Shown: positions 1 through 12,829, numbered from the stretch's first letter. The stretch: DNA of 64,000 nucleotides from Histomonas meleagridis 2922-C6/04-290x (GCA_020184695.1 JAANOX010000069.1:186001-250000); one strand, 5' to 3'. Notes: generated by a model not told the origin, from the sequence alone. Numbers and translations: made by a program.

Positions 1-57
1 TTTGCTTAAATTATAAAAAAATTATTATTAAATATTTACTTTTCTTCTTCACTTTTA

Positions 58-415
58 TCATTTTTTAAGTTGATTTCTTGAAAGAACATATATAAAATTA
101 AACATTTCTTCAATCCCTTGACCTGTCACTGAACTTGTCTCAAAATACTCAGCAATGTCTGGCATGTAATTTCCAACAGCAAAAACAATAATAATTGCAT
201 GAGCACCGCGAAAATAATATGGATACAAGCACTGATAGCTTTCATTACCTGCAATAGTATAAATATCCATATGAATTTCTTTTCCGTTGATATTAATTGA
301 TTTTACGAATTGATCTGCCCCTGGACATTGTTCCAAAATTTCATAATTACCTGTAGCGATTTGCAAGTACTGATTTCCCAACGGCACCATTGCTGATTAA
401 AACAACTTTAATCAT
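58..415 (-). pseudogene. Degenerate Rab/Ras-family small GTPase (frameshifted, internally deleted)
   Basis: ATG at 415 gives MIKVVLISNGAVGKSVLANRY (G1/P-loop-like). A +1 frameshift then leads into the track ORF with DIYTIAGNESYQCLYPYYFRGAHAIIIVF (DTAGQE-like) and ETSSVTGQGIEEMF (G5). The G4 (NKxD) region is missing. Confidence 0.7.
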
Positions 416-444
416 TTCCGGTTAATTAAAACGCCATTAATACT

Positions 445-452
445 GTCACTTT
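445..452 (-). promoter_or_regulatory. AAAGTGAC core-promoter motif (trichomonad M2-like)
   Basis: GTCACTTT lies 30 nt upstream of the Rab-like ATG. The same motif occurs at 39466-39473 (just before the Tfb1 ATG) and 61350-61357 (60 nt before the 61290 start). Confidence 0.45.
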
Positions 453-1288
453 TCCTTTAAAGGAAATAAACGGTCGAAAATCGTAAGATGGTGTTTTAAT
501 TGAAATTTTGCATTTTACAAACCAAAATTTCACGTTAGATTTTGCTTCTTTCTCATGTATTAAGCTAACTATATAATATGTGTATTAATTCTTGATTTAA
601 AAAAAAAAATTAACGGCCAATCTTGATATACACCATAATGTAATGGTATATTGTTTTAATTTATTTATTTTATCAATGTCTCGATAATTAATTCCATTTT
701 TGTTATTGAAAATTAATAATTTACATTTTTTCCTTTATTATTAATATTAATATAATAAAGGAATGAAAATGATCATTTAAAAAAAATTGATATATTATTA
801 TGATACATAATATTTAAAATTAATTTTATATATATGTTATATGTTCTTTATTTATTAAATTTTTATAAGCTGCGTGCTTCATGGTTTAGGTTATATGCTT
901 CAAAAATAACAATCATTTGATACATGTTATCACAACAGGGAAGTTATTTAGTACAGGAAATACACAAATATTGACCTAATTATATCACATATTTGAAGAA
1001 TTGTTTCTGAAATGAAAAGCTAAACACTTAAAATTGAAATTATATAATGATAACGTATATTTCTTTGGATGATTACCAATTTTTTATCTTTTTATTGTTT
1101 TCTTTCTAAGCACTTTTGAGATCCAAATAAAAACTTTTTTCACTTTATACTAAGATTCAATGCGATGTTTTCTGACTAATTTTATTAAAGGATTCAAATT
1201 TCAAAGGAATCTTTCATAAGAAATTTATGAATCTCTCGAAATTTATATCAAATTTTCAGTTACCACTATTCATCTTCACATCACTCTC

Positions 1289-2080
1289 ATGACTTGCAAA
1301 AAGGAGACTTTGATCTTAATTGAAAACGGTGTTCATCTCAAGAAAACAGACACAAAGAAACCTCGGTTTCCAACTGCATCTGAAATAGCTGAACAAAAAG
1401 AAATAGCTGAAAAAGAAGGCATTCAAAGATTACCAGAGGATTTACCACATGATAAAATGAACCGAACATTTCATGAACTAATAAAAGAAGAGAAAGTCGA
1501 ACTAAAGAAAGTTAATCAAAAGATACCTCGAATTCCGACTGCCGCAGAAATAGCTGAACAAAAAGAGTTAGCTGAAAAAGAAGGCATCCAAAGGTTACCA
1601 GAGGATTTACCACATGATAAAATGAACCGAACTTTCCATGAACTAATAAAAGAAGAAAAAGTCGAACTCAAGAAAGTTGATCAAAAGAAGCCAATTCTTC
1701 CTTCAGCAAAAGTACTCGCAGAACAAAAGGAAATAGCTGAAAAAGAAGGCATCCAAAGATTACCAGAGGATTTACCACGTGACAAAATGAACCGAACTTT
1801 CCATGAACTAATAAAAGAAGAGAAGGTCGAACTAAAGAAAGTTGATCAAAAGAAACCAACTTTACCTTCAGCTGAGATAATCGCTGAACAAAAAGAAATA
1901 GCTGAAAAGGAAGGAACTCAAAGATTGCCTGAAGACCTTCCAAGAGATAGTAAGAATCGAACTTTCCATGAACTAATTAAGGAAGAGAAAGTAGAGCTGA
2001 AAAAGGTGGAAACGAAAAAGCCAAGACTTCCGACTGCTCAAGAGATTGCAGAACAAAGGAAACTCCAACAAAGCCAATAA
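1289..2080 (+). CDS. Tandem beta-thymosin/WH2-like repeat protein (putative G-actin binder)
   Basis: Five LKK[TV]x[TQ]KxPxxP[TS]AxE/V(I/L)AEQK motifs on a 55-aa (165-nt) period, resembling thymosin-beta LKKTET...LPSKETIEQEK. Confidence 0.65.
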   Translation: MTCKKETLILIENGVHLKKTDTKKPRFPTASEIAEQKEIAEKEGIQRLPEDLPHDKMNRTFHELIKEEKVELKKVNQKIPRIPTAAEIAEQKELAEKEGIQRLPEDLPHDKMNRTFHELIKEEKVELKKVDQKKPILPSAKVLAEQKEIAEKEGIQRLPEDLPRDKMNRTFHELIKEEKVELKKVDQKKPTLPSAEIIAEQKEIAEKEGTQRLPEDLPRDSKNRTFHELIKEEKVELKKVETKKPRLPTAQEIAEQRKLQQSQ

Positions 2081-2669
2081 TTTTACTAGAAATTAGTAAA
2101 TAATCTGGCTTTGATTTAGTGTTTTTATTATTATTTTATTTTTGAAATTAGAAATTGAACATATTAGAATGAAAAAGATAAACTATACATAAAAGACTTA
2201 ATATTTAACTCAATGGAGAAAATAATAAAATTACCAAATCATACTAAAATTTATGTCAAAGAACATTTTATTAAGTTTTTATTAAGGAAGGCTTAATGAA
2301 ACGATCATCTTATAAGACTTCGTTAAGCAAAATTAAATAATATAATATCATATTAAATTTTTGTTTTGCTTGGGACTGATCAACAATTTTAAATCATTGA
2401 AATAAGATATATCTTTATCATTGTAATTATTTCCTTCTTGATTAAAAATAAACCTTACTAAATACATTTCATACTTAATATTTTAATATGTTTAAAAAAA
2501 TTTTCTATTATTATTTTAAAATAAAAATATTTATAACATTAATATAGTTATGATGTCACACAGATTAAAGTAATGGATTCACTGCAGAAGGCCAAATCGC
2601 ATTTCTTTGCCTTGGCAAAAGTAAATAAAGAAATAGAACAAATGCATTTTTCGATAATTATTTACTATT

Positions 2670-5600
2670 TTACACATCCAAAAAAGAAGTTTCGTTCCCA
2701 AATTTGTTACGAACAAATTCCGCGAGTTCTTTCGCTGCAACTGTATCAGAGAACTTTGGTGTTTCGACGTACGGCTTTATCTCTGCGTCAAGCCCCTCCT
2801 CGTCGAAGCCGTCGACGTGATTCCGTATGTAGCACTTCAGCGCCGCCGACAAACCTGTTGCGGGCGGTGCAGGCGAAGCGTCGTCATCGAACAGATGCGA
2901 ACTTTTGTTACTTTTGTTGTGAAAAGGAGCAAATGATTCCGATTTATCGTCCCCGAATAAACCAAATGTTTTGTTTTGCGATGTGTGAAACGGATCAAAC
3001 GATTCGTCGCCTGCAAATTGCGAATCGTCGAACAAACCTTTGGACTTGTTGAATGTATCAAAGCTTTGCTTGATTGCGTTAGAGGATTTGTCTTCGTCAT
3101 CGAATAAGGCGAATGCATTTTGTGATTGCGCTGTGGCATCGGTGTTAGAAATTTGTTTATTTTCTTCTGTTGTGACTTGGGAAGTATTATCGTTGAATAA
3201 TCCAAAAGTTTTTTGACTTGAATTTGTTGAATTGTTTTGTGTGTTGAATGGGTCGAAACTTTCTTTTTCATTATGCAAGTCATCTTCTGATTTGTCATCA
3301 TTAAATAATCCAAAACTTTTTGTCTTTGTTTGACTTGAATTTGTTGTTTTGTTTTCTTTGCTGAATGGATCGAAAACTTCTTTGTTGGCATCTTTTGTAT
3401 CACCGAATAAATCAGAACTATTTGTCTTTGTCGGAGTCGAATTTGTTGTATTGTTATGAGTGCCAAATGGATCAAAACTTTCTTTTTCATTATGCGAGTC
3501 ATCTTCTGATTTGTCATCGTTAAATAATCCAAAACTTTTTGTCTTTGTTTGACTTGAATTTGTTGTTTTGTTTTCTTTGCTGAATGGATCGAAAACTTCT
3601 TTGTTGGCATCTTTTGTGTTGCCGAATAAATCAGAACTATTTATCTTTGTTGAAGTGTTTTGTGTGCCAAACGGATCGAAACTTTGTTTGTTATGTTCTT
3701 CATCATCGAATAATCCAGAACGTTTTGGTTGATGCTGTGCTGTGGTTTCGGTGCTACTCAAATTCTGCGATTTGTCATCATCAGAACTCTTTGTCTTTGC
3801 TGGTGGCGACTTCGTTGTGCCAAATGCATCAAAAACTTTATTGTTGCTTCCTTTTGCATCATTTGAGTCATCATCTGAGCTGTCATCAGCAAATAAGCCG
3901 GAACGCTTTGGCTTGATTGCGCGACTTTCGTGTTTGTCATCATCGAATAAGCCAAAACTTTTTGTCTTTGTTGGTGTTGAATTTGTTGTTTTGTTTTCTT
4001 TGCTAAATGGATCAAAAACTTCTTTGTTGGCATCTTTTGTACCAACGAATAAATCAGAACTGTTTATCTTTGTTGATGTGTTTTGTGTGCTAAATGGATC
4101 AGAACTTTTCTTTGTGTTATGTTCTTCATCATCTGAATTGTCGTCATTAAATAATCCAAAACTTTTTGTCTTCGTTGGCGTTGAATTCGTTGCATTGTTT
4201 TCTTTGCTGAATGGATCGAAAACTTCTTTGTTGGCATCTTTTGTATCACCGAATAAATCAGAACTATTTGTCTTTGTCGGAGTCGAATTTATTGTATTGT
4301 TATGAGTGCCAAATGGATCAAAACTTTCTTTTTCATTATGTGAATCATCTTCTGATTTATCATCATCGAATAAGCCAAAACTTTTTGTCTTTGTTTGACT
4401 TGAATTTGTTGTTTTGTTTTCTTTGCTGAATGGATCGAAAACTTCTTTGTTGGCATCTTTTGTATTGCCGAATAAATCAGAACTGTTTATCTTTGTTGGC
4501 GTTGATGTGTTTTGTGTGTTAAATGGATCAAAACTTTGTTTATTGTTTTCTTTTATATTATTTTCATTTGCTTTGTTTAATCCATTCGAAAACGAATCAA
4601 AAATTTGTTCATTTTGTTTACTTTCAACTTTTTCGTCACCGAATAAAGTGAAACTGTTTGTATTTGTATTTGATGAATTGTTTTCTGTATTAAACATATC
4701 AAAAATTTGATTATTTTTATCATCATTTTTCTTTTCTTCATTATTAAATGTTTGATTATTATTATTTTCATTTCCAAACATAACAAAGAATTGATTTTCA
4801 TTTTCATTATGAGTTTCATTTCGATATTCCATTAAATCAAATGGATTATTTGTGTTTTCGTAAGCTGTTATTCCATCAGACGCATTTATCGTTTCCATCA
4901 TTGGTTTTCTTTTATGAAGTTCTTCGATTTCATTTTTAACATGTGTACCAATTGAACTATCATTATTATTATTTCCCAAATTTATAAAATCATTGTTATT
5001 TCCAAAAGGATTAAAGATTTGGTTATTGTTGTTATTGTTTTGCTGTGTATTATCTTCAATAACATTTTGTTGTGATGCATTATCTGCGGTTTCATCGTGA
5101 AGAGATCCAAACAAACTCCGAATTTCGTCAATGGAATTAATTGACTTATTCTTTGGCTTGCGCTCTTCCTTTTGATTTGCCGATTTTGCGGGCGTTTGTG
5201 CGCCAAATGGATTAAAGTCGTTTTCCTTCTTTGTCATCTTATTTTGTGTATTAGCAAACGGATTATAATTACTTTCTTTTGTTTTATTGCTTTCATTATC
5301 AAATGGATTATAATTACTTTCTTTGTTTTGTGCATTACCAAACGGATTATATTCGTTTTCTTTGTTTGCATTATTTTGGTTATTACCAAACGGATTATAT
5401 TCGTCTTCTTTCTTTGCCGTGTTGCTTTGTGGAATAGCAAACGGATTATAATTACTTTCTTTGTTTTGTGCATTACCAAATGGATTATATTCGTCTTCTT
5501 TCTTTGTATTATTTTGGTTATTAGTAAATGGGTTATAATTATTTTCATTTGTTTTATTCTTCTCATTGTCAAACTGATTATGACCATTTTCTTTATTTTG

Positions 5601-6485
5601 AGCATTACCAAATGGATTATATTCATTTTCCTTCTTCGTCGCATTATCATTACCAAATGTATTATAGTCATTTGCATTTGTTTTATTATTTTCTTTTCCA
5701 AACGAATTATAATCGTTTGCATTATTTTGCGCACTATTAAAAGAATTATTTTGAGTGTTTGTGAAATTGAAATCATTTTCATTTGTTCTTGTGCTTTGGG
5801 TATTCCCAATGAAAACAAAGTCATTGTTATTCTGATTTGCCGAACTTTTTAGTGGCGAATCTGCTATTGGATTATAAAATGGCGTAATTGGAGATGAAAA
5901 ATTATTTCCGTCAAATGATTGATTTGGTGAATTATCTGATGAAAATGGTAAGTTGAAGCTATCCTGCGATGTAGTTCCACTTGTAGTTAAGTCAAGTATA
6001 GGGAAATTTGGTGCGGAATTATATGATTGATTAGAATTATTAAATTGATGTCCTGAACTAAAATCAGTGCTTTGCATACTAGTGTTTGAGTGATCAATAG
6101 ATCCGAAAACATCTCGTATTTTTTTAATATCTTGTTTTTGCGGATGAAAATCATTTTTAGGTTTGGTAGGTGTCACTTGCACAGGTTGTACATACTTCGT
6201 AATTTGTGGTGTTTTCCTTGGACTTGGATTAAATGGATCATAAAGTTCAAATATATCTTTTTCTGGCATATCAATTTTTTTTTCTTGTTGAAATTGTTGT
6301 TCTTGAGTATTGCTAGAATCCATGTCAAAATGAAATGTGTAATTTTGTTGAGGAGCTTGAGGAATTGTTGGCTGATAATTTACAAAATTTTGTGGATTAG
6401 GTTGACCAAATAGATTTCGTGCATTTCCTGAATTTGTGTAGTTTTGAAATTGATTTCCATTATTAGGCGAATTCGCCCATGACAT
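2670..6485 (-). CDS. Low-complexity N/S/T/K-rich protein with NPF, DPF and LF-acidic repeats (probable trafficking scaffold)
   Basis: 1271-aa ORF with many YNPF motifs in the N-terminal half and many FDPF and GLF[DNA]DD motifs in long internal tandem repeats. Confidence 0.75.
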   Translation of the reverse strand: MSWANSPNNGNQFQNYTNSGNARNLFGQPNPQNFVNYQPTIPQAPQQNYTFHFDMDSSNTQEQQFQQEKKIDMPEKDIFELYDPFNPSPRKTPQITKYVQPVQVTPTKPKNDFHPQKQDIKKIRDVFGSIDHSNTSMQSTDFSSGHQFNNSNQSYNSAPNFPILDLTTSGTTSQDSFNLPFSSDNSPNQSFDGNNFSSPITPFYNPIADSPLKSSANQNNNDFVFIGNTQSTRTNENDFNFTNTQNNSFNSAQNNANDYNSFGKENNKTNANDYNTFGNDNATKKENEYNPFGNAQNKENGHNQFDNEKNKTNENNYNPFTNNQNNTKKEDEYNPFGNAQNKESNYNPFAIPQSNTAKKEDEYNPFGNNQNNANKENEYNPFGNAQNKESNYNPFDNESNKTKESNYNPFANTQNKMTKKENDFNPFGAQTPAKSANQKEERKPKNKSINSIDEIRSLFGSLHDETADNASQQNVIEDNTQQNNNNNNQIFNPFGNNNDFINLGNNNNDSSIGTHVKNEIEELHKRKPMMETINASDGITAYENTNNPFDLMEYRNETHNENENQFFVMFGNENNNNQTFNNEEKKNDDKNNQIFDMFNTENNSSNTNTNSFTLFGDEKVESKQNEQIFDSFSNGLNKANENNIKENNKQSFDPFNTQNTSTPTKINSSDLFGNTKDANKEVFDPFSKENKTTNSSQTKTKSFGLFDDDKSEDDSHNEKESFDPFGTHNNTINSTPTKTNSSDLFGDTKDANKEVFDPFSKENNATNSTPTKTKSFGLFNDDNSDDEEHNTKKSSDPFSTQNTSTKINSSDLFVGTKDANKEVFDPFSKENKTTNSTPTKTKSFGLFDDDKHESRAIKPKRSGLFADDSSDDDSNDAKGSNNKVFDAFGTTKSPPAKTKSSDDDKSQNLSSTETTAQHQPKRSGLFDDEEHNKQSFDPFGTQNTSTKINSSDLFGNTKDANKEVFDPFSKENKTTNSSQTKTKSFGLFNDDKSEDDSHNEKESFDPFGTHNNTTNSTPTKTNSSDLFGDTKDANKEVFDPFSKENKTTNSSQTKTKSFGLFNDDKSEDDLHNEKESFDPFNTQNNSTNSSQKTFGLFNDNTSQVTTEENKQISNTDATAQSQNAFALFDDEDKSSNAIKQSFDTFNKSKGLFDDSQFAGDESFDPFHTSQNKTFGLFGDDKSESFAPFHNKSNKSSHLFDDDASPAPPATGLSAALKCYIRNHVDGFDEEGLDAEIKPYVETPKFSDTVAAKELAEFVRNKFGNETSFLDV

Positions 6486-7748
6486 TTAGTGATGAAAACG
6501 AAATCTCTGTAACGTCAACCGTTAAATAGACCGTTTGGCCAAATTTATGCATACAAAAAGTTGTGTAGTTTGCACAAAATGATGGAATAAAAAAGAAAAA
6601 GAAAACATGATGCTACACCTCCTTTATATAATTCTTTAATGTGGACTCAAAAAGTTTAAGTATATTAACAATATGAAAATCTTCATTTTAATAACTAAAA
6701 TAGAAATATCATCTTTAGCATTTTAACTGATTTTAGACATCTATACATACAACACATGAAAAAAATGAAACATTAATGATAAAGCTAAAAAGAAATGGAT
6801 TTAAAAAACGAAATTCATTTTGGATAAATGCATTTATTTTCGGAGAAATTAAATATAAATTGAGTGCAAACATATCAAAGTACAAATTTCAAACACACCG
6901 AATATTATTTTATCGAAAGCTTTTACGCCGAGCATTCCAGGCGAAAACTTATAAATTATAGCACGAGAATCATGATTCATCAGCACATTTTGGAATATTA
7001 AAGGTTTTGATAGATTACATCAATTATAAATTTTTTATTCAAGTTTATAACGCCTTTAATAAGTTCCTTTTGGTTTCCTTGTAGATTAATTGTCGCAGTG
7101 CCTTTTATTAATCAATCACCCACAACATTAATGACAATATTATTCCAAAAATTTCATAGCTTCTTCGTCATCAGGTTCACATTTTGCGCATGTTTCACAC
7201 AATAAACCAAGTTGTTCACCTAATTCATCTTTAACAGTAACTATGCATTCGCGTGATTGCCTATATGGAATTCGTGTTTGTCCTGTTCCTAATGGCCAAG
7301 CTCCAAGTTCAATTAAAGCGATAAATTTTATCTTCTAAGATAGTCCTAACTTGAATTTCATTGTAATATTACGTAATATTCGTCTGGATGATGAATCAAT
7401 GTCTTCTATATTAAGTTCAATGTTAAGACATAAAACTACGTATAGCAAGTACTGTGGATCTTCGCAACCTTCACAAACCTTTTGTCTTCGACTAAACACT
7501 CAATTTGAACCATTCAGTTTTAGCCATAAAGGATCCTACATTCACATACTTTTTGAAATGATAGTAAAAAAATATAAAAGGAATTTTCGATGTGATATAT
7601 TAACTTTACTTGCATCGCGACTAACTTGTGTTTCTGCATAGCTTGCAAAATGCTTGGTACATGCAAAAACTTTCTCGGGCTTCAAGAATTTTTGTTTCTT
7701 CTTCGGAGAAATATTCTATAGCAAGCCAAAAAGTGGCAATTTTTCACC

Positions 7749-10700
7749 ATGGCAAACACCCCGAATTCTCATCCATTTTATCTTCTATGTACACAACTAA
7801 CATCAAATCAAAGTTCAATTCAAAATTATGTTAATTCAAATCTCAAAGAATTCTTTCATCAATTTGCAGATTTTCTTGAATTGTATCGAAAGCCAATCAA
7901 ATCAAAACTTTTCCAATCATCACCACTCAAAACGTTAACTTCGGTTTTAGATCAGGCAATTATAATTTTATCTAATTCTAAATTTGAAGATTATTCACTT
8001 GATATTAAAAATGATATTACAATTTGTTTTAAATCACTTCTTCATCCGCGCAACAACCCAGAAGTCCGACTAAAAACTCTTTACTTATTTTTTACGTTAG
8101 TTGATTCTTTAGGAGAAAATTATGAGTCATATTCAGATGAATTTTATTACTGTCTCATTGATTATTCTCTTCTTAAATCAGAAGTTGGGTCTTCAGGGTT
8201 TGTGACACCAGCTTTTGATGACAAATTTCGAATTATTTTATCCAATGATACAACAACCACATCTAGTAGTTGGTGTTATAAAACTATAGAAACAATCCTC
8301 CAACATGCTCTTGACATTAAAGTTTCCTCATCATTTGTTATCTGGTGGAAAATCATCCAAAAACTCGTTTTAAGTGTTTTCTATTCGAACATTTCAAAAC
8401 AATTGAATTTGCCCAATGTCAAATCTTGTCTTTTAGGTCAGTGTCCACAAAAAGTGAATTCTATGATATTGAATTTCATTTTGAATATTTTACAAAAAGA
8501 CGATCAACTTATTCATCAAGTATTCAATTGTGAGCATACTCCAATATTTTTAATATATATATTAGAAGAGACTTGTAACAAATATTTAAATGAGAAAGAA
8601 AGCATGTATAATATTATAATAAACATTACAGAACGATATATCCAAGACAAATATTTAATCACTTTATTATTTGATAAACAATATCATTTATTATTAAAAC
8701 TCATGACAATAATTCTTCATTTATTTGATTATATATTTAGTATCCAAAACGAAGAACAAATTACATTATTATCTAATTTATTTAATAAGTACTTCAAAGA
8801 TTTATATCTAAAGTTTACTGAACCACTACGAAAAGAATTATGTACATTAATAACAACATTTAAATACATTTTATCCAACAAGTCCAAAAATTTGATACAT
8901 TGTATATTCCATATTTATACTTTATTATTTTCATTATTTATTAACAATGAAATCCAAAGTTTAGACTTATGGAAAATTTTAGTTGATTCAGGTTCACAAC
9001 AAAGGTTATTAACATTATCATTATATGGATATTTATCATCATATTATTCCATTATCTTATCACCTATTTTATTAAAGTTTGATTTAAACAAATTATCTGA
9101 TTCAAACACTGCAACGTTTTCATATAAAAACTGGATATTAAATCATGGCATATGGGAAAATGAATTTTCGAGTTGGATTAATGGCGATGTTAAAATGTTT
9201 TATAAAGAAAATGAAGAACAATTAACTCCTAAAGAAAACTTTGTTAATTCCGCAATAAAACAAATTCGATTACCGAATTTAGAGATTAAGAATTGGGATT
9301 ATACAAAAGCATTAAATAACATTAATTCGATGTTTAAAGCGTTTAATTGTTTTGATATTAATGATAATGATGACTTACAATTTAAAATATATTTAGTTAA
9401 TTCATCATTTATTTATACATTACAAAAACTAACAGAAGTATTTCCATTTACTTTTCAATATGATTATTCATTCCTATTAAAGGAATTCATGAATTGGTTA
9501 CGTGAATGTTTAATTAAGACAACGAATAACACGAAAATTATATTACATTCATTAAATTTACTTGGTAATATTATATGTAAAGTAACTTCAATCCCTTTAT
9601 TAAATGATGAAATATTAACTGATTGGTATTTAACATTAAATTATTGGATAACAAGTAATAAAACAGAAAATATTCGACTTTGCGCTTTAGCATTTGCTAG
9701 TAAATCAATAATTTTAGGATTTCATGGCTCACAATTATTATTATATACAATATCAAATAATTTCACTAATAACTCAACAAAAATCGGAAATGAAATTACA
9801 CAATTAAGTGAAAAAGAAAACGCTTCAATTATCATCGCATTAAACTCTATAAATGAAATATCAAATGATAATAATTTTGGTGAAAATATATCAAAAAAAA
9901 TAATAAAACAAAATTTGATGAAATCTATCGATAAAATCGAATACGATTTCCAATTCCAAATATTAATAACAATATTAATCGAAGAATCAATTTTTCATCG
10001 AGAACTTTTAATCAATGGATTAATACAAAACATTATTGCATTATTAGATAAAAGAAATATCATCGATTTATACATATTTTATCCAATCATTTTAATACTT
10101 TCCGATTTGGAAAATACTCAAAATGGTTCAATTAAGAAGTTATTAAATGCTTTTCTAAATACTTTAGAAGTTTGTACTGCTGATATCAATAATAATAATG
10201 AAGAATATATAATTTCATTGATTAAAATCATTGCGGATTTAATCATTTATTCGGCATCAATAATAGACGTATCAGAATTCTTCAATAAATTCGAAAATAG
10301 TACATTAAATTGGAACCTTGAACAAGAAAATTGCGTTTTTACAAAAGAAACTTCTCAACAAATTTTATACATTTTGATGTACTTTTCGGCAAACTTTTTG
10401 AAGTTCATTATACCGAATTCAAATCCATTGAATTTGAATTCAAAGGCAAGTGCGGTTTTCGGGGGGACCTACGATTATATTTATAAAGTGTCAGAAAAAC
10501 AATTATACATAGAAAAGCCAACAGGTAAATATATTTGGAATTTTAAGAATATTGCAGAAAATCCAATTCAAAGAAAGCTTTCGGAAAATGCAAATATTGA
10601 TGAAAAATTACCAAATCCAATCGAATATGAAAAACAAAAAACTTTTGAATCAAAACTGACAAATTATTTCAATGATTTATATGATAACCAGTTAAAAAGT

Positions 10701-11480
10701 TTCGGAGTTGACGATAAGTTATACAAACCAAATAATGAACTTTATCCAAAAGTGTCACAGTCAAATAACAAATTTGAAATTCCTTCTGCTCAAAAATTAC
10801 CTCCTTCTTATGTAGGACATTCATCTGTTTCATTTTTAAGATCAATGAGTTTCTTTGAAAATATTAGTACTGAAAGACTATTTCCTTCTTGGGAAAATGA
10901 TTTAACAATTGATGAAATAACAGAATTTAAACACAAAATAATAGTATCTCTTATATCAAAACGAGGAGTATATCCACATTTTGAAGATTTTAAATGCGGA
11001 TTAGGATATATCACAAATGAAAGTAATGATATCATTTATAGCGATTACAGTCATGAAATCATCTTTAAGAACGAAATTATGGAAGGCAAAGCACAAATTG
11101 TATGGAATGAAGGATTTAATGAAAATGAATTTATTTTGACATTTTATCAAAAAAGTTTACTGAACATTATCATCCAGCCTCATTCGAATGGGCTATTCTT
11201 AGTCAAAGTTTTGATACATAAGAATTTTGATAATTCCATAAATCAAATTAAGGAAACATTAATCTCCAAAGAAGCGTTGCCTGTGTTTGTCATTGCACAG
11301 ATTTTGTCCATTTCACATATTATTGACTACAAAATGAAAGACGTAAAAAGACCATTTTTGATGAATGGTAAAGAAATACGTAAAATTAGAAAATCATCAA
11401 AGTTTTGCCAAAACCCAATGATTTTGCAGTGCCCGAAAACATTGTTTGAGAATACAAATCAAAATGATGTTAATGAATAA
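7749..11480 (-). CDS. RalGAP-alpha/tuberin-like protein with a divergent C-terminal Rap-GAP domain
   Basis: N-terminal LLHPRNNPEVRLKTLYLFF resembles the RalGAPA N-terminus. C-terminal FEDFKCGLGY...EIIF...IVWNE...IIIQPHSNGLFLVKV matches the Rap-GAP pattern. Confidence 0.6.
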
Positions 11481-12259
11481 ATAATATTTTTAATTGTAAA
11501 TTTACTATTTTTATCTTCTTCTTTCTTCATTTTTTTTTTTTGTTGTTGTTGTTTTGAGGAAAGACATGAAAATCACTTCCGTTATAAACATCTTCGTTTA
11601 TAAAAACTCAAAACTATATTTTTTATATAAAAATTATTTAAAAATGGGTGATTATGCAGAAAAAATATAAATAATTAAAACATCCCAATTAATTTTTATA
11701 TACATATTCACTCAAAATAAGTGAGGATAATTTTTACAATTAGCAAAAACCAACAATTTTTTTATGTTTTTATCTATTACGGATTATTAGGGTGCCCCGC
11801 TTGAGGTCAACTTTTATTTTTTGACATAAACCGCAAATCGAGTATCAATTTATTGGAGGACCAAAGCAAACAAGCCCAGCAGTGCCAGCAGCATTTCGAA
11901 CAGCCTAAATGAAATTGTCTCTGTTTCAAGTAAGTATAATCAAATCAGTAATAGCAAAGAGAGATTAACAAGAGTTAGAAATCAGATATTAACCAGTGGT
12001 TATGTGCAGAAAAAAAGAGTTTTTGACTCAAGGCAAAGTCACCGTAGCCTACGCATGCATCAAGCAAGGTTTCTTCTATCCATTTGAATTCGATTTCATA
12101 ACAAAGTCAAAATATCGTATTAAACAACAAACTTTCATACTAAACATCAAAATTTCATACTAATATTCAAAACAATCAACATATTTTCAAAAGCTAAGTG
12201 GAAAAAAACAAAAATTTTTGCTGAAGAATTCTTATCAGAATTTGGTTTACCGCCAGGTA

Positions 12260-12829
12260 TCAATGATCACTTTCATCCGATGGAGGTCTTCTAGGATACC
12301 TTCTTCGTTCAATGTATGGATCATCATATCTTGAACGAGAATAGTATGGAGGATCGTCATAATACATCCTACGCCTTTCGTAATCGTCATATCTATACCT
12401 ATCATATCTTGGGTCGTAGCGTTCTCTTTCGTATCTATATCTTTCACTTCGATAAGGATAATCTCGATACCTTGGATCGTCTCTTTCCCTATATCTATCA
12501 TAATTACGTCGTTGCTCTTCAACAACCTTGCTGTAATTATGAATATATGGTCTACGAGATTGTTCAACAATCAATTTTTTTCCTTTATATTCAGATTCAT
12601 TCAGTTCACTTATGATTTTTAGGCCATCCTCACGGTTTTTATATGTGACGAAGCACGTTCCTGTGAAATGACCTGTCCTTCTATCTTTTCGAAGACATAC
12701 GCAAACTAGTGGGGCCTTATCACCAAAAAATTTATCCAACTCATCTTGTGTTGATTCATTCGGAAGGCCAGAAACATAAAGCGTTATTTCGTTTGAAGTA
12801 TCTTCGTGTTCGCTGTTTTCTTTGCTCAT
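12260..12829 (-). CDS. RRM protein with R/D/Y-rich tail (SR/Tra2-like)
   Basis: RNP2 LYVSGL and RNP1-like TGTCFVTY, followed by RYDRYRYDD-type dipeptide repeats. Confidence 0.8.
   Translation of the reverse strand: MSKENSEHEDTSNEITLYVSGLPNESTQDELDKFFGDKAPLVCVCLRKDRRTGHFTGTCFVTYKNREDGLKIISELNESEYKGKKLIVEQSRRPYIHNYSKVVEEQRRNYDRYRERDDPRYRDYPYRSERYRYERERYDPRYDRYRYDDYERRRMYYDDPPYYSRSRYDDPYIERRRYPRRPPSDESDH

Noticed and set aside
2573-6413. Overlapping and antisense ORFs in the track (e.g. 2573-3052, 3742-4305, 5172-5852; likewise 56489-58013 and 53697-53897)
   Set aside because: Shadows of low-complexity repeat genes on the opposite strand or in other frames.
12260-12829. SR-like RRM gene next to ankyrin locus A as the processing factor
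   Set aside because: Adjacency only; the other four loci have no such neighbour, and eukaryotic gene order rarely implies function.
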